A stretch of DNA of 64,000 nt from Candidatus Hydrogenedens sp. (GTDB lineage: Bacteria > Hydrogenedentota > Hydrogenedentia > Hydrogenedentales > Hydrogenedentaceae), in the NCBI GenBank assembly GCA_049968235.1, contig JBMFRC010000001.1:128001-192000 (forward strand), read 5' to 3'. Below, one piece after another: positions 19,769 to 32,300 of this stretch. The position numbers and the translations under genes are program-made. Each line of letters begins with the position of its first letter. Position 1 is the stretch's first letter. A model generated the notes under the pieces. The model was given only the letters and a program-made list of their open reading frames with translations, was not told the origin of the DNA and made no database searches.

Positions 19769-20731
19769 CTAATCTTGTATTCTATAGATTATTTCCATCG
19801 GGTTTCCATTTCTAAGGATGGATACTTTAACAGAGGGAAGTGTAACATCACTGTATTTTTTTATCAAGTCTATTACCTTTTCATCACTATCAATAATATC
19901 GTCGTTTACTGCGGTAAGGACATCTCCTTCCTTAAACCCTAATTTTACTGCAATCGGAATTTCACTAATATTTTTTGCAGTAATGCCGAGTACTTTGCCT
20001 TCCGCATCTTTATACAATTCCGGCTTAACACGCGTAACCAAATCTGCATAACTTGCAAAAAAGTCCTGTACGATTTCATCTCGATTTAAATCTACTTGCT
20101 TTTTCTCAGGCTCATTCGTTTTTGCAGGTTTCGAATCAGTTTTACTGGGTGGTTTTTCCTCTTTTGCTTTTAATAATTCTAAAGATTTATCTTCTAATTT
20201 CAATCGTTCTCTTTTAGGGGGATGGGTTTTTTTATTTAACAATATCACTTCTTTAGGATATACCTCTTCTAAAACTACCTGCTCAACGACTTCCTGTCCA
20301 ATAGCAAAAGCAGCGGTAATTCTTTTGTCGGAATTTTCAATGAAAGCGGATGCAAATCGGTCTTTAGGAGACAGGGCAATGGTCCCTATTAATTTTAAGT
20401 TTAATTGAGTATCTTCAAGAGTATCCTGAGGAGACAGTTGTTCTGTTTTTTCTTCTTTTTTAGGAACTGTATCCTCTGTCCATCTACCTGCATTTCCAAA
20501 TAAACCTGATTGTGTTATTTTGTTGAAAAGACTTTTAGCATCAATATTTATTAACTCATTCTGCACAGTTCCTTCTTCCTCACCGGCTATACCTGTTTTT
20601 TTGGCTATTTTCTGGGCAGGATTGTAGGTATAAATAATAAAAAAGAAAACTCCAAGTGCAATAAGTATTGAAAAAATCAGTATGATATGAATAAGAAAAA
20701 ATAGTCTTTTAATTTCTAACGAATGAACCAT
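19769..20731 (-). CDS. GspC-like protein (N-terminal TM, charged linker, C-terminal PDZ domain)
   Basis: TM helix LFFLIHIILIFSILIALGVFFFII. C-terminal PDZ-like segment GITAKNISEIPIAVKLGFKEGDVLTAVNDDII. It is the first gene of the gsp array. Confidence 0.5.
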   Translation of the reverse strand: MVHSLEIKRLFFLIHIILIFSILIALGVFFFIIYTYNPAQKIAKKTGIAGEEEGTVQNELINIDAKSLFNKITQSGLFGNAGRWTEDTVPKKEEKTEQLSPQDTLEDTQLNLKLIGTIALSPKDRFASAFIENSDKRITAAFAIGQEVVEQVVLEEVYPKEVILLNKKTHPPKRERLKLEDKSLELLKAKEEKPPSKTDSKPAKTNEPEKKQVDLNRDEIVQDFFASYADLVTRVKPELYKDAEGKVLGITAKNISEIPIAVKLGFKEGDVLTAVNDDIIDSDEKVIDLIKKYSDVTLPSVKVSILRNGNPMEIIYRIQD

Positions 20732-20914
20732 ACTGCCCTTTCATAGGAAAAATAACTCCTTGCAGTAAATCATGAATTGAACGGAATTTAGCCATTATTA
20801 GTTGACTAAATTCTCATGATAAGTTTAAACGAAATATCCTCCCTTTCGCAAAGTCTATTTACTATTGTAAGAAGTTTTTATAGTAATGGCTAACAGGTTA
20901 ATAAATTGAGAATC

Positions 20915-23332
20915 TTATTGTTTCTTTCTCACAAGGCTTTTGAGATATAACAAATAGTCTTCAAGCGATATATTCGTATTGGTTTCATCCATTTTCTGAA
21001 CAGAAGACATGGATTGAATTGCCTTTTTATCTGTATTATAGAAAATGCTGTCATACTCACTATAGGGTTTTACAAATTGTTTGCCCGTTTGAGGATTTTC
21101 TGTAACTACAGTTACACTTCTTGTTCCTGCATATAAAGTCCATTTACTGCTTTTAGGCAAATAACGCAAATAAATAATGGCTTTGTCTCCGACTTTAAAT
21201 TCGGGCATCTCCGAGCAAACCATAGCATAGCCATTCACTCTACCCCCGGGGATGGTAAAGATTACAGAACTATTCTCGTTAACAGGTCCTTTTATTGTTT
21301 CTATCACTTTAACTTCAACATCTGTGTATATTCTCATATTTTCTGTCATATAACTGTTTAGCGAAAGGACTTCTGCATTGACTACTGCATCGGATTGGTT
21401 CGTAAGTTCGTCTGTATTAAGAAAGGCGATTCTCGCAGAAGCATTAGAAAGAAATCCAAAAATAGACACTGCAATAATAATGAAAAGTATTGTGGTTTTT
21501 GCTTTTGTTTTAACAGATTGCATTTTCTTTATCTTCCTCCATATAACAAGCAGAATCATAATTGCTATGAGGGAACTCCAGATATTATTTTTAACTAACC
21601 ATGCAAGACTATATACGGTGCCGGCAAATATATATCGCATCATTTCTGATCTTAATATTACCTTAGAAATCATCGGAGCCATTGTATAATATATATCAAC
21701 AAAGGCAATTCCCATACCTGAATTCATCAAATAATTATCTCTAAAAATTCTCAAATCGTTAGACAAAGAAATCGAACCTAATGTGCCAGTAGTCGTTGTC
21801 GTTGTAGTAGTTCCTGTTGGGACTTCAATAATATTCATAGGACAGACATCATTGGGGTCTCCAAACATAGGTTTTCGATTTGTCCTCATTTGAGGGAGTG
21901 TTTTACCTGTAGTACTACTTACAACCACATTTTTTGTAAAACTCCATACCAATCCGGTACCTGCATCTTTACTGCTTACATCCAGTACATTTTCAACTTC
22001 GTGAAACACCTCTGACATAAAGTTCGTTTGATAATCTGTATCAGCACGAGTTGTTACAGAATAACTATTGGGTCCCTGAATACTATCTACATCAGAGGGG
22101 GGTATTCCTTCTGGAGCCTGACGGTCTAATCCCGTTCCGTTCAAAGCATTTAAGGTTAATGTGTAGGAAGGGGTAAACAATTCGCCATCTTTACCGGGAA
22201 CTTCCATGGTTTTCCATAAACCGATGAGATTAAATTTACCTTGAAGTTGCTTATTAATGAGTGGCTCGTATAAACCTACCATTGTACTGAATAAAGGCAC
22301 ACGCGAGGTATTGGGATTATTATCTACATCTGCCCAGGCGACAACATGTCCACCGGGGAGTGGAATAGAAGGAATTCCAGACCCTCTTCGTGTTCTGCTT
22401 CTTGCTTCATGTTTTATATCAAAGAAATTTTCCTGAGCACCCCTTGGATAAAGCCATGAAATACCTGAAATATCATCCGGAGCAAGGTCTTTCCCGCCAT
22501 CTTCTCGTTGACCATTCGGTAGTTCTACTTCAAAATAAATAGGGAACATAGTCGGTGTTGCTCCGATATACTGATGCAGACCATCGGGCATTGTCCTCCA
22601 CACGACAGGATTTTCTATAAGGTAAGAAGGTAATTCATCCCCTTCATTTAAATAAATAGCTCTTAAATTGTTCAAGGGGGTATGGTCTAATCCTAAAAAA
22701 TGCCCCAATTCATGAACAAGTGTTCCTTTTAAATCTGCTAATGGTTCATCACCGGATTCTGAATTATATCGGTGTGCCGTTGCAGATATAACAATATCAC
22801 GGTCAACAACTGTCCCCGCAGAAATAGGGTATATCTGCCCGTTATGTTCGTATACTGTATCGGTAACTGTAAAAAGTGTGAGTGTTACTCCCAATATTCC
22901 TCCACCCACATCCACTGTTTCCGGGTCCGGTTCAACATTCTCACCGGTATCATCTGCTTCGGTAACATACATGGATATCGTGGGCAGGGAATCGGGCACT
23001 GTCAGGGAAATAGGGTCTTCGTAATAACCTATAATCCGAAAGCAGGCGTAGGAAGTTGTAACTTCCTCCCAGACCTTTAATGCTTCTTTAACTTTTTCTA
23101 TTTCATCATCGGTAAAGCCTCTTTTCCCTCTTTCTATATAAATACCGATACCTTCTCCTGTGGTTATTTTACCATCGTTGTTCGTATCAAATTCGTAGAA
23201 GGGCCATCGTGCCAATCGTAATACATTAAATGCATCAAATCCACCGGAGGGGAAAAATGCATAACTATTCCATTGGCAAATAGAAATAATTAATAATGTT
23301 AATGAATATACAAATAATAGTTGTTTTTTCAC
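20915..23332 (-). CDS. membrane-anchored matrixin-like (M10-type metzincin) zinc metalloprotease
   Basis: Signal peptide. Zinc-binding HELGHFLGLDH (HExxHxxGxxH). Met-turn candidate TPTMFPIY. Matrixin-like PDDISGISWLYP. Ca-loop-like DTNNDGKITTGEG. Thr8 linker, two predicted TM helices (SSLIAIMILLVIW and TTILFIIIAVSIFGFL), then a roughly 190-aa C-terminal domain. Confidence 0.7.
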   Translation of the reverse strand: MKKQLLFVYSLTLLIISICQWNSYAFFPSGGFDAFNVLRLARWPFYEFDTNNDGKITTGEGIGIYIERGKRGFTDDEIEKVKEALKVWEEVTTSYACFRIIGYYEDPISLTVPDSLPTISMYVTEADDTGENVEPDPETVDVGGGILGVTLTLFTVTDTVYEHNGQIYPISAGTVVDRDIVISATAHRYNSESGDEPLADLKGTLVHELGHFLGLDHTPLNNLRAIYLNEGDELPSYLIENPVVWRTMPDGLHQYIGATPTMFPIYFEVELPNGQREDGGKDLAPDDISGISWLYPRGAQENFFDIKHEARSRTRRGSGIPSIPLPGGHVVAWADVDNNPNTSRVPLFSTMVGLYEPLINKQLQGKFNLIGLWKTMEVPGKDGELFTPSYTLTLNALNGTGLDRQAPEGIPPSDVDSIQGPNSYSVTTRADTDYQTNFMSEVFHEVENVLDVSSKDAGTGLVWSFTKNVVVSSTTGKTLPQMRTNRKPMFGDPNDVCPMNIIEVPTGTTTTTTTTGTLGSISLSNDLRIFRDNYLMNSGMGIAFVDIYYTMAPMISKVILRSEMMRYIFAGTVYSLAWLVKNNIWSSLIAIMILLVIWRKIKKMQSVKTKAKTTILFIIIAVSIFGFLSNASARIAFLNTDELTNQSDAVVNAEVLSLNSYMTENMRIYTDVEVKVIETIKGPVNENSSVIFTIPGGRVNGYAMVCSEMPEFKVGDKAIIYLRYLPKSSKWTLYAGTRSVTVVTENPQTGKQFVKPYSEYDSIFYNTDKKAIQSMSSVQKMDETNTNISLEDYLLYLKSLVRKKQ

Positions 23333-23398
23333 GGTCCGAACTCCTTTCTTTCGTCCGGAATTATCAATCTTTGTTTTTTCATTTATAATTTCATCTCC

Positions 23399-26300
23399 TT
23401 ATGTTGTCTGTTTTTTCTTTGCAGACAGGAGAAACAGCAAAACTGCAATTACCAGACCTATATCAAAGGCATAAGCACTGAAACTTGATTGTTGAGTATC
23501 TTGTCTTTCAGCACAACCAAACATATAAAAACGTTTTTTAGGTGTCTGGGCATCATTTGCATATTCGAAACCTCCTACGAGCGTTTTTTCTGTCCCCTGG
23601 TCTATATTTTTCACAGTAACATCCAGAGATCCTACTGTTGGAATACCGCCCAATGGGAAAGTTATCAGGATGGATGTCCCGTCTGCTGATACAGATTGGA
23701 CAGGCATTAATGTATTTCCGAAATATACCTGTATATTTTCAATCGTTGAGAAATTGGATCCTTGTATGGTTACCGGAAATTCTTTTGATGTACCTTTGTT
23801 CGGATTTATGGAATTGATAATAGGTATCCGTCCCACAGGCTTCGATGTAAGTGTAAATAAATCGGTCCGTGAGGCTTCATCTCCGTTAGAAGTGTTCCGT
23901 ACCAATAAAACTATAGGCTCCATAGGAACAACTCCGGGCATTGTACTAACGGCTATAGTTATGCTGGTATCCGTTGCCTGAATAACACGAACTTGATAAC
24001 CGGATAAACGCACTACAGGGTTGTTTCCAAAATTCCTTCCATATATAACCAATGTAATTTCCTGCCCTTCAAGGGTCTGTATGGGTAATTCAGAGATAGA
24101 TGTGGATTCTATTACCAGTGAAGATGGGGCTATGATTCTATTTATAGAATTAATTACACCGGTTCTCCGTTTCTTGGTGCAATGGGAACGAACCCAGTTT
24201 ACACCCGAATTATCGGCTTTTGCTCCTGCTTTTTTCCCATCCATATAATATCGAACAGGAGGCTCTTTGAAATAGGTAATGAATCCCAGTCCTCTAACGC
24301 CCCATGGAAATTCTCTAAATTTACGGAAATCATTTCTTTGCTCACCTGACAGACGAGCCCAGGTATCGGGGTCAGGTTCTGTTGGTGTATTAGGTCCCCA
24401 GTTAACCACTCCAATTCTGAAATTCACACCGGTTCTCATTTTATCTGAGGCACGTAATATAACAAAGAAATCGGGACCATAAAAAGGATTCTTGTTATTT
24501 GAACCAAACGATGTAGGTATCCATTGACGATTACGAGATTGTTGCACACGAGGAATAGGCACATCATCTGTACCCGGACTGGAAAACACAAATTTAACCT
24601 GGGTGGCTTCACCTGTTTGACCGATATAATAAGGTGTTGCATCTAAGGGTATTGGAATATCTATGTCTGCATCAAAGATGCCATTCCTGTTTCTTGGGTC
24701 AGCGTCATTATCTCGATATAAAGCAATACCACTAATCTGTGGGTCAATATGAAGAGGTAACAAATCATTCAATGGATTAAAGTTCGCATTTGTACCTTCA
24801 TCATAAAATTCCAATGTAACTTCTTCTAAGAAACTGGGATTGCGTTCAATCCGCCAGGAACCATTGCGTGGAGTCCCGCTCAGTAAATACACCTGATTCG
24901 TTGTATTCCCCACAATTTCATAAGATTCAAAAGCAGAATCTATCAAGAAATCTCCAATAAGTGAGTTCGGTTCAAAAGTCACACCGGATACTGTAAATGT
25001 TTTTTCAGAACCTACACCATTTGTTCCTTGATAAAGACTATCTTCGGGTCTGTTCGTTGAAATATCAAATCCCATTACACAAAAGGAGGGACCTCCGGGA
25101 ACAATTGCTTGTTGTTGACTTGTAAAGTCATATATTTGCACGGGTATATTTGTCTCAAGCATATCGTTCCCGTAGAAGTCCTGGACAGGGTCTTCTTCCG
25201 GACTTGATTTAATATATGCAGTGGAACTAGTATTAACCTGTGGGAAGAATTGAATACCTGCTTTTTTCTCCGAATCGCTTCTTCCGGGTAGTGTTGCTGG
25301 TATTACCGCTCTGAAGGATTGGAATCGTTTCCCTTTATCATTCAGTCGAACAGTAATGAAGAGGTCATCTCCGGGATTATTTCCGGTTTCATTCGTTATT
25401 TGTTTCTCTAAGGATTGATTTGTGGTATTTGTCTCTTCGCTCGATTTCTCTTTTATATTCTTTTCAAATATGACATCGCTGAAATCTATATTTCCACATT
25501 CTATTGGAACAGTACCAAAAAGGAAATTCATAAAATCATCCGTAGGTAATCGCCACTTTTCTTTTGGATACATGGTAAGAACCCATGCATAATCTCGCTG
25601 GTCGATTAGACCATTACCATCCATATCATCCGGAGAACCATCTCCATCAATATCAATAGGTTCAGGCCAAGAACTCCATTGTAAATTATTCAATGGGACA
25701 GGCTTATCTCCTATATTTGGCATTGGCAAATCCCAGTAGGTTGCCAATAGTTTGGGTTCAAAGAAAATTCCATTCTGGTCGGTATCTTCCCAAAGCAAGA
25801 CACCCGAGTCGTAACTCTTACCATCCGGGTCCAGTGGCATAAGTAAATCCGGAGAGAAATCAGGTCCCCAGAACGCAACAACAATTTTTGCTACAGATGG
25901 GGCTTCCTGCCCTTCATTGTTTACGACATAATCACCCGAACCTACCAAATTAATACCTAACATAGCGGTATGTTCCGAGTTAATATCTGTTTTTTGTGTA
26001 AGTAATCTTGCTCGATTAAACTCCGAAGCCCACTGACTTGCCCGCGGATATTCATTAGGACCTATATTGCGAGACCATGTAGTATAATCCGGTAAGGCAG
26101 GTTGGTCTAAGGGATTTACATACGCAGAGGAACGCGTGTCCGGACCCAAAATATTCACATGGTCAAACGGAACTGTCTCATAAGCATATTGCCCTCTACT
26201 ATGAGTATAGTCAAAACTAACGGTAAATGTGTTATTATCTGTAATAGAATAAGTAAATCCACCAAATTCACGCCATCTTGTTACACCTACCGAATGTAAA

Positions 26301-29300
26301 TTCAAGAATTGTGTCCTTATCTTTCCTTCGGGGTCCATCCACTTATCAAAATCTTTTGGATAATCGTATAATCCGACGGAATAGCCAAGACAATTTCCTA
26401 AATTAATAGAACCGGAACCATAGAATATATCTGATTCAAATTTATAAGGGGAATCGGATGTATAAGTTAACACTAAGTCATGGACATCCAACCCTACTTT
26501 CATAGGTTTTGTAGATTTTTCATTTACTGTTCGTTGATTCCACCACGGTTCTTGTTGTCCCCATCTCAAATCTGATTGCCAGGGAGGACCTCCCCCATCC
26601 AAAAGTCCGCCTAATGGAGGAATCTGGGAATCTACATAAATACCTCCTGTAGGTTTACCATTATTATCAACCCGTCTTGGCTCTATAAAGACGCGGAAAT
26701 CTGCACCCATCATAACACCATTACCATCAGGTACGGTCTGAGAAACATCCTTAAATCCACTGTCTGTTCTTATTACAACGAAGTAATCACTCGCATATTC
26801 ACTTCCTGTAGCCACACCAACATAATTATCCGGTATCGGCTCAACAAAACCGGAGACATCGTTATCACTGGGAGTAACATATCTCCTTCGTCCATAGAAG
26901 AAACGAAGATTTATCTTCCACCATGGGTCTCCTCCTCCCGGTGGGAATGGTATGTATTCCCAATTGAGTAGTTGACCTGTAGGCAAAATAAAACCTTCAG
27001 ACAGATTAATTCCGATTACCGTCTCGGGTAATAATGGATAGTCACCGTTTAACTGGACTCCTTGTCCATCAGGAAGTGGTGTCGGTGGGTCAAATTTACC
27101 GTTATTATTTGTATCATGCCACACCCAAACACCATTAAAAACAATATCCTGGAATAACACCTTGTCACTATTTATCAAAAGTCCATTTATTTGAGTAGAA
27201 ACTTTATCCAAAGATTCACGAGGGTCAAAACCTCCATTGCCGGGAGGACCGTATGGGTCTGCTCCAATATCTGTAAAAATAACATTTACCTCTCGAAGTT
27301 GTGACCATATCCTCTTCTCTGCGGTATAACGCGGTCCTACTAACGTGTCATATCCATCTGCATGCACAGATTTTGTAGAATGGACATTTATTCCTATCAC
27401 AGGTTTCCATGTATCCATAGCAACCAGGCGACGGAACGACAATAGTTCTCCGGCATACATATATAACAGTTGGTTAAACTTTGACCACTTGGGGCGTGTA
27501 TGTTCTGCAAGAGGTGTATATAACCGCGTCGGATAATTCCATGCATCAAAACCACTATACTCCCATTGCTCAGGATTGATAATACCGTTCAAATCCCAAA
27601 CAGTAAAACTGGCAGAATAGCCTGTGTCGGATATCATTTTTTCTGGTTTTTTCGCATCATAGAAGTTTGGGTCATACTCATCTATTGCATCTCCATCTGT
27701 ATTTCTTGGAAAGATACCATTAAGTTTTATCATCTCCGCACGAAGAACATCACAAGCCATAGTAATCTGGCTTCGCCATGTGGCAGATGTTCGAACGGCG
27801 ACAATATAGGAATTTCCATCAAATCCTTCATCTTGATTGGGAGCCGTTACAACAGGATAATCCGGTTTATCTGGTGTTCCACTCCCAATAAAGTTCAGCC
27901 TATAAGTAATACCCTCCGGAGAATATGGATTTTGCGTCAGAATTTGTGCTAATGGCGTTCCATCCGAATTCCACTTAAATAACAATTCATCATAATAGGG
28001 GTCTAATTGATTATTATATTCTTCTTTCTTTGAATAGTTTTCCCTGAATAAGGCAAATTCTAATAAATCAGAAATATTGGGACCTCCCTGATTCCCATAA
28101 TTTAACTCACCTTGACTTCTTTTATCCGCTCGAATTCGATATACTAACGATTTCAAAACTCGTGGAGCCGGATTTTCCGGGTCATAGCCCATTGTAAAAT
28201 TAAATAATGGAACCCAGTCTGTCAAGGGCAAAAGTGCTTCTTTATCTTTGATTATAGATTGGACAGAGAATTTGGCACTTGGCTCCTCTTGATTTTCACC
28301 TTCTGTTGTTCCTTCTGTTTGCCCTTCTCCTTCTGTCGTTGATGGACAACCAATACATGGACCTACAGTTATATAATTAGGTATCAGATAACATAGTTTC
28401 ATGGTCTCATTAGTATTTACATTTTTAAATGTTACTTCAAGAGTGACAGAATAGAATCCTTCTTTAGTGTATCTATGTATCGGGTTCTGTTGTGTGGATT
28501 CTATAGCAGGGACATTATCTCCAAAACTCCAGGACCATGCAGTAACTTTCCAGATATCTGTTCCGACGGACATATCCCTAAACTGCACATCCAGGCCCGG
28601 TTCTTTTTCACCCATAGCATCCGGCGTTATGTATCCTGAATTGGGTTGGGCAGTGAAGCTAACATAGGGAGCACTTAATATTTCTATATAATCTCTTTTA
28701 ATTTTAGATGCACTTAATCCATTCTTATCTTTTATAACGACGCTGACGGTATATGTTCCTGCCTGGGAATATGTATGTGTTGGATTTCTATCTGTGGATT
28801 GTGTACCATCTCCGAAATCCCACTGAACGGAAGCCAGCGTTATTCCACTACCCGGAACTAATGTAAATTTAATTTGTCCTCCGGGTATCTGTCTCTGTCT
28901 ATCCGCCGTAAAATCAACGGTTGGTACCTGCAAAGCCACTATTGTCTTGGTACGACCGGAAGCAACCGGATTTGTGCGAATCCAGTTTAATCCCAATCTG
29001 TCCGATTGAGCCTGGCTCATGTCCACTTCCGCTCGTGCTGTCCATTTGCGGAGTCTATCATTATATGCCCAATAACGATAAATAAGTGGGTCCTTAAAGA
29101 AACTAATAAACCCTAATGCACGATTTCCCCATGGGAATTCGGAATATAGGTAGAACAATCCATCGTTAATATCACCGGCACCCGGATATATACGAACAAA
29201 ATTATCCGGGTCGGGTTCCGTAGGGGTATCTCCACCAAACGAGACTATTGCTGCCTGGAATGCATCTCCTGCACTTATTGCAGATGATGTTCGGATTACC

Positions 29301-32300
29301 ACAAAGAAGTCGGGACCGTATCCATTTTCACTGGGACAATCTCCAAAGCATACCGGAATAGGTTGCCGGAGCCGAGGCTGAGAAATATACGGTGTTCCTC
29401 CTTGTGTTGGGTCTCGTCCAACACTATTATCGGTACCGGGTGAAGAGAACACAAAGCGAACCTGATAACGTGGGTCTCCCGGACGGGAATACCACACTGG
29501 TGAATTATCCAATCGTAATGGCAAATCAATATAATCAACAGTTCCATCATTATTAATAATCGGTGGGTCAAATACTCCATTTGTATTTCTCGGGTCCCAA
29601 TCATTGTCCCGCCAGATTGAAACACCACTTTCTTTCCCATTTGCAGGGTCTTCTTCATTTAACGGTAATAAATCGTTATATGGGTCAAATCCACGAACTG
29701 TTGTTTGCGTATTCGCATTATAAAATTCAACAATTACCTGCTCTAAGAAGGTAGGGTCTTTAACCACATACCAGGGACTACCATTCTTCGGAGTTCCTGC
29801 TCTTAGCCGTAAAGTCCTTCCCTGAGCACCTGTAATTTCAAAGGCTTCCACCCGTTTATTTACTTCCTGGTCCGCCTGACCATAAGCGATCAGCCACATA
29901 CCCACTATATTCTGTGTCCATGCACCATTAGAATAGAAATCTTTAAGGCTCGTTTCAGGAATAATAATATCTCGAGCATCAGGACTGAATGCCTTATCTC
30001 CAGCAGATGCACCGGTACCATTTCCGTAAGCAATTAAATTTTCAACACGGTTCATTGATGCGTCAATACCTAAAATAGCAATAGGCTGTCCACCGGGAAT
30101 TATAACCGGTGTTGTAATACCACTGGTTGAAGGAGGAAGTAATGCATCCGTCATATCTACAATTCGTGACGGTACACTCACCTGCAACATATCATGTCCA
30201 TAGAAATCCTGCAAACCACCTTCTTCCGGATTTGTCTTAACAACAGCTCCTCGCGATGTTAAACCACCCTGAGAAAACACAACCCCTGCGAATTGTGCTG
30301 TTGTAGGAGTTCTATCCGGTAACCGTGCAGGAACTAAACAACGAAACTCCTCAAAAGCACTTACTGTATCGGATGTTCGGATTACCACAAATAAATCATC
30401 TCCCCTATGTCCTCCTGCTGTAAGTGCCTTTGCATCCTTTTCCATCGGGACAACATTTGCAACACCTTCATCATCATATTCTGGAGATACTATATCCAAA
30501 AGCAAAGATTTCTTTGCCGAAGATGTTATCTTTTCTGTATCTTTAACATCTTTTATTATTTCCGGAGATAACGGAAGTGATAAATTGCTATTTGCTTCTA
30601 AACTCTTTGCAGTTATAGGTGGATTGGCTCCTCCGGAGCGTATATCGGATTGAGGCACTGTCCATGGCTGTGCAGGTGTTAATTTTAATACCCATGCAAG
30701 GTCTTTTAATCCATCCCATGCTTTCTTCTGGGCAGAAGTAAGTTGCGGTCTTTCCAGGTCAGATAAATCAACATTTCCATCTGTTACAATACCGTCACCA
30801 CTCAAATCATCTGGAATATTATCTCCATCTAAATCTACAGGTTCCGGTTTAATACCCCATTCTAAGGAGCCCGGAACCAGAGGGACGATTCTATCCGTAA
30901 AGACAGGAACAGATACAGTATCTAAAAACACAGGACCTGTAAACACCCCATCCGCATTTGTATCCTCATAAAGCAAGACACCTGAAGATGGGAGTGTTCC
31001 ACCTGTGCTATCCAATGGAGTTAAGTCAGATGGGTCAAATTCCGGTCCCCAGAACGCAACATATATGCTATTTAAAGCTACGGGACCTGAACGATTTACT
31101 ACGGGGTCATCTGCACCGGATAAGTTAAATCCTAACACTGCTACGGGTTGCGATTTATATTCTACCTTCTGTCTCAAAATTCGAGCGGAACGGGACTCAC
31201 CATTGGGTCCTGAACTTACTGTGTTATTGCCCCATCCTGCTGGCCAATCTGCCATTTGCGGATAACGATTGCGAACCATTGTGTTTTGTGTAACTAACCA
31301 GGGACCCCGTTCTACCGCATTGGCTCGTCCTCCTCTAACACCATAAGGATACTGAGAGACCGATAATTTGTTCCCATTCATCATATAAGGAGATATATAG
31401 GCTGAATGTCCATTCTCAAGTTCTAATATATTCCCACTGTTACTCTTTATATAGTATCTACCTCCATTATTATCTATAAACCACCAGCCCGATAAATCTA
31501 CTCCTGCGAAATTACCATCTAATAATTCTGCATAATAGACATCATCCTTGTATCCTGCCCAGACACCTTGCCATGTTTCTATAACATTAGGGTCTTCGCT
31601 TGGGTCGAAATGATAGTATTCAAGGTTATCCCCAAGTGTCCCTTCATCTGCATATACAATACAACGCGAACCAAAGTTTACAAGACCTAATCTCATGGGC
31701 CATGTATAATAATCCGGTAAAGTTGGTTGAATAAATGGTTTAGGATATGCTGTACTTCGTGGAGTTAAAGAACGAGGTAATAATGGGTCATCAAAGGTAG
31801 GTTCAAAAGGTACGGTTTCAAAAGCATACTGAAACGATGTTAACTCATCTAAATTAGGAACAGGCTGACCTGTCCAGAAAATCGCCTCTGAATAGTCCGG
31901 TAAGATACCCGGATTATATAAATATCCTAGCGCAGAACTGGAATTTAATAAAGGATTCGTATTGGGGTCAAGAATCAGGTCAGAAGGAGGTGCTAATCCC
32001 AATAAAAACCGTTGATTGAAGATACCGAAAACATCAAAACCTAAACCTAATTGTATTGGTGGGTCTGACCACAAACTTAAATTGGTTACTCCATTCAACC
32101 CTCTCCAATCATAAAAGGCAATATTAACAATATCAACCGCGTGATTCGATATATGGATAGGTTGTGTCGGATGAATATAAGTTTCCCTACCGAAGGTATT
32201 ATCAGTACTATATGTTAATACAAGGTCATGTACTTCAAAACCTACTCTTTGTGGCTTTACATTATCCTGAGTGTGAGAGCGTTCCGTCCACCAGGGACTA

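Noticed and set aside
23399-23480. Considered a PEP-CTERM / LPXTG-type sorting signal at the giant protein C-terminus
   Set aside because: No PEP or LPXTG motif precedes the terminal TM plus KKK tail, and no exosortase or sortase gene is present in the window.
27345-29754. Several 60-130-aa ORFs on both strands inside the giant gene (for example 27566-27952 on the plus strand and 29296-29658 on the minus strand)
   Set aside because: They are alternative-frame or antisense ORFs nested in a continuous 11.5-kb coding frame with consistent internal repeat structure. They have no ribosome-binding sites or independent support.
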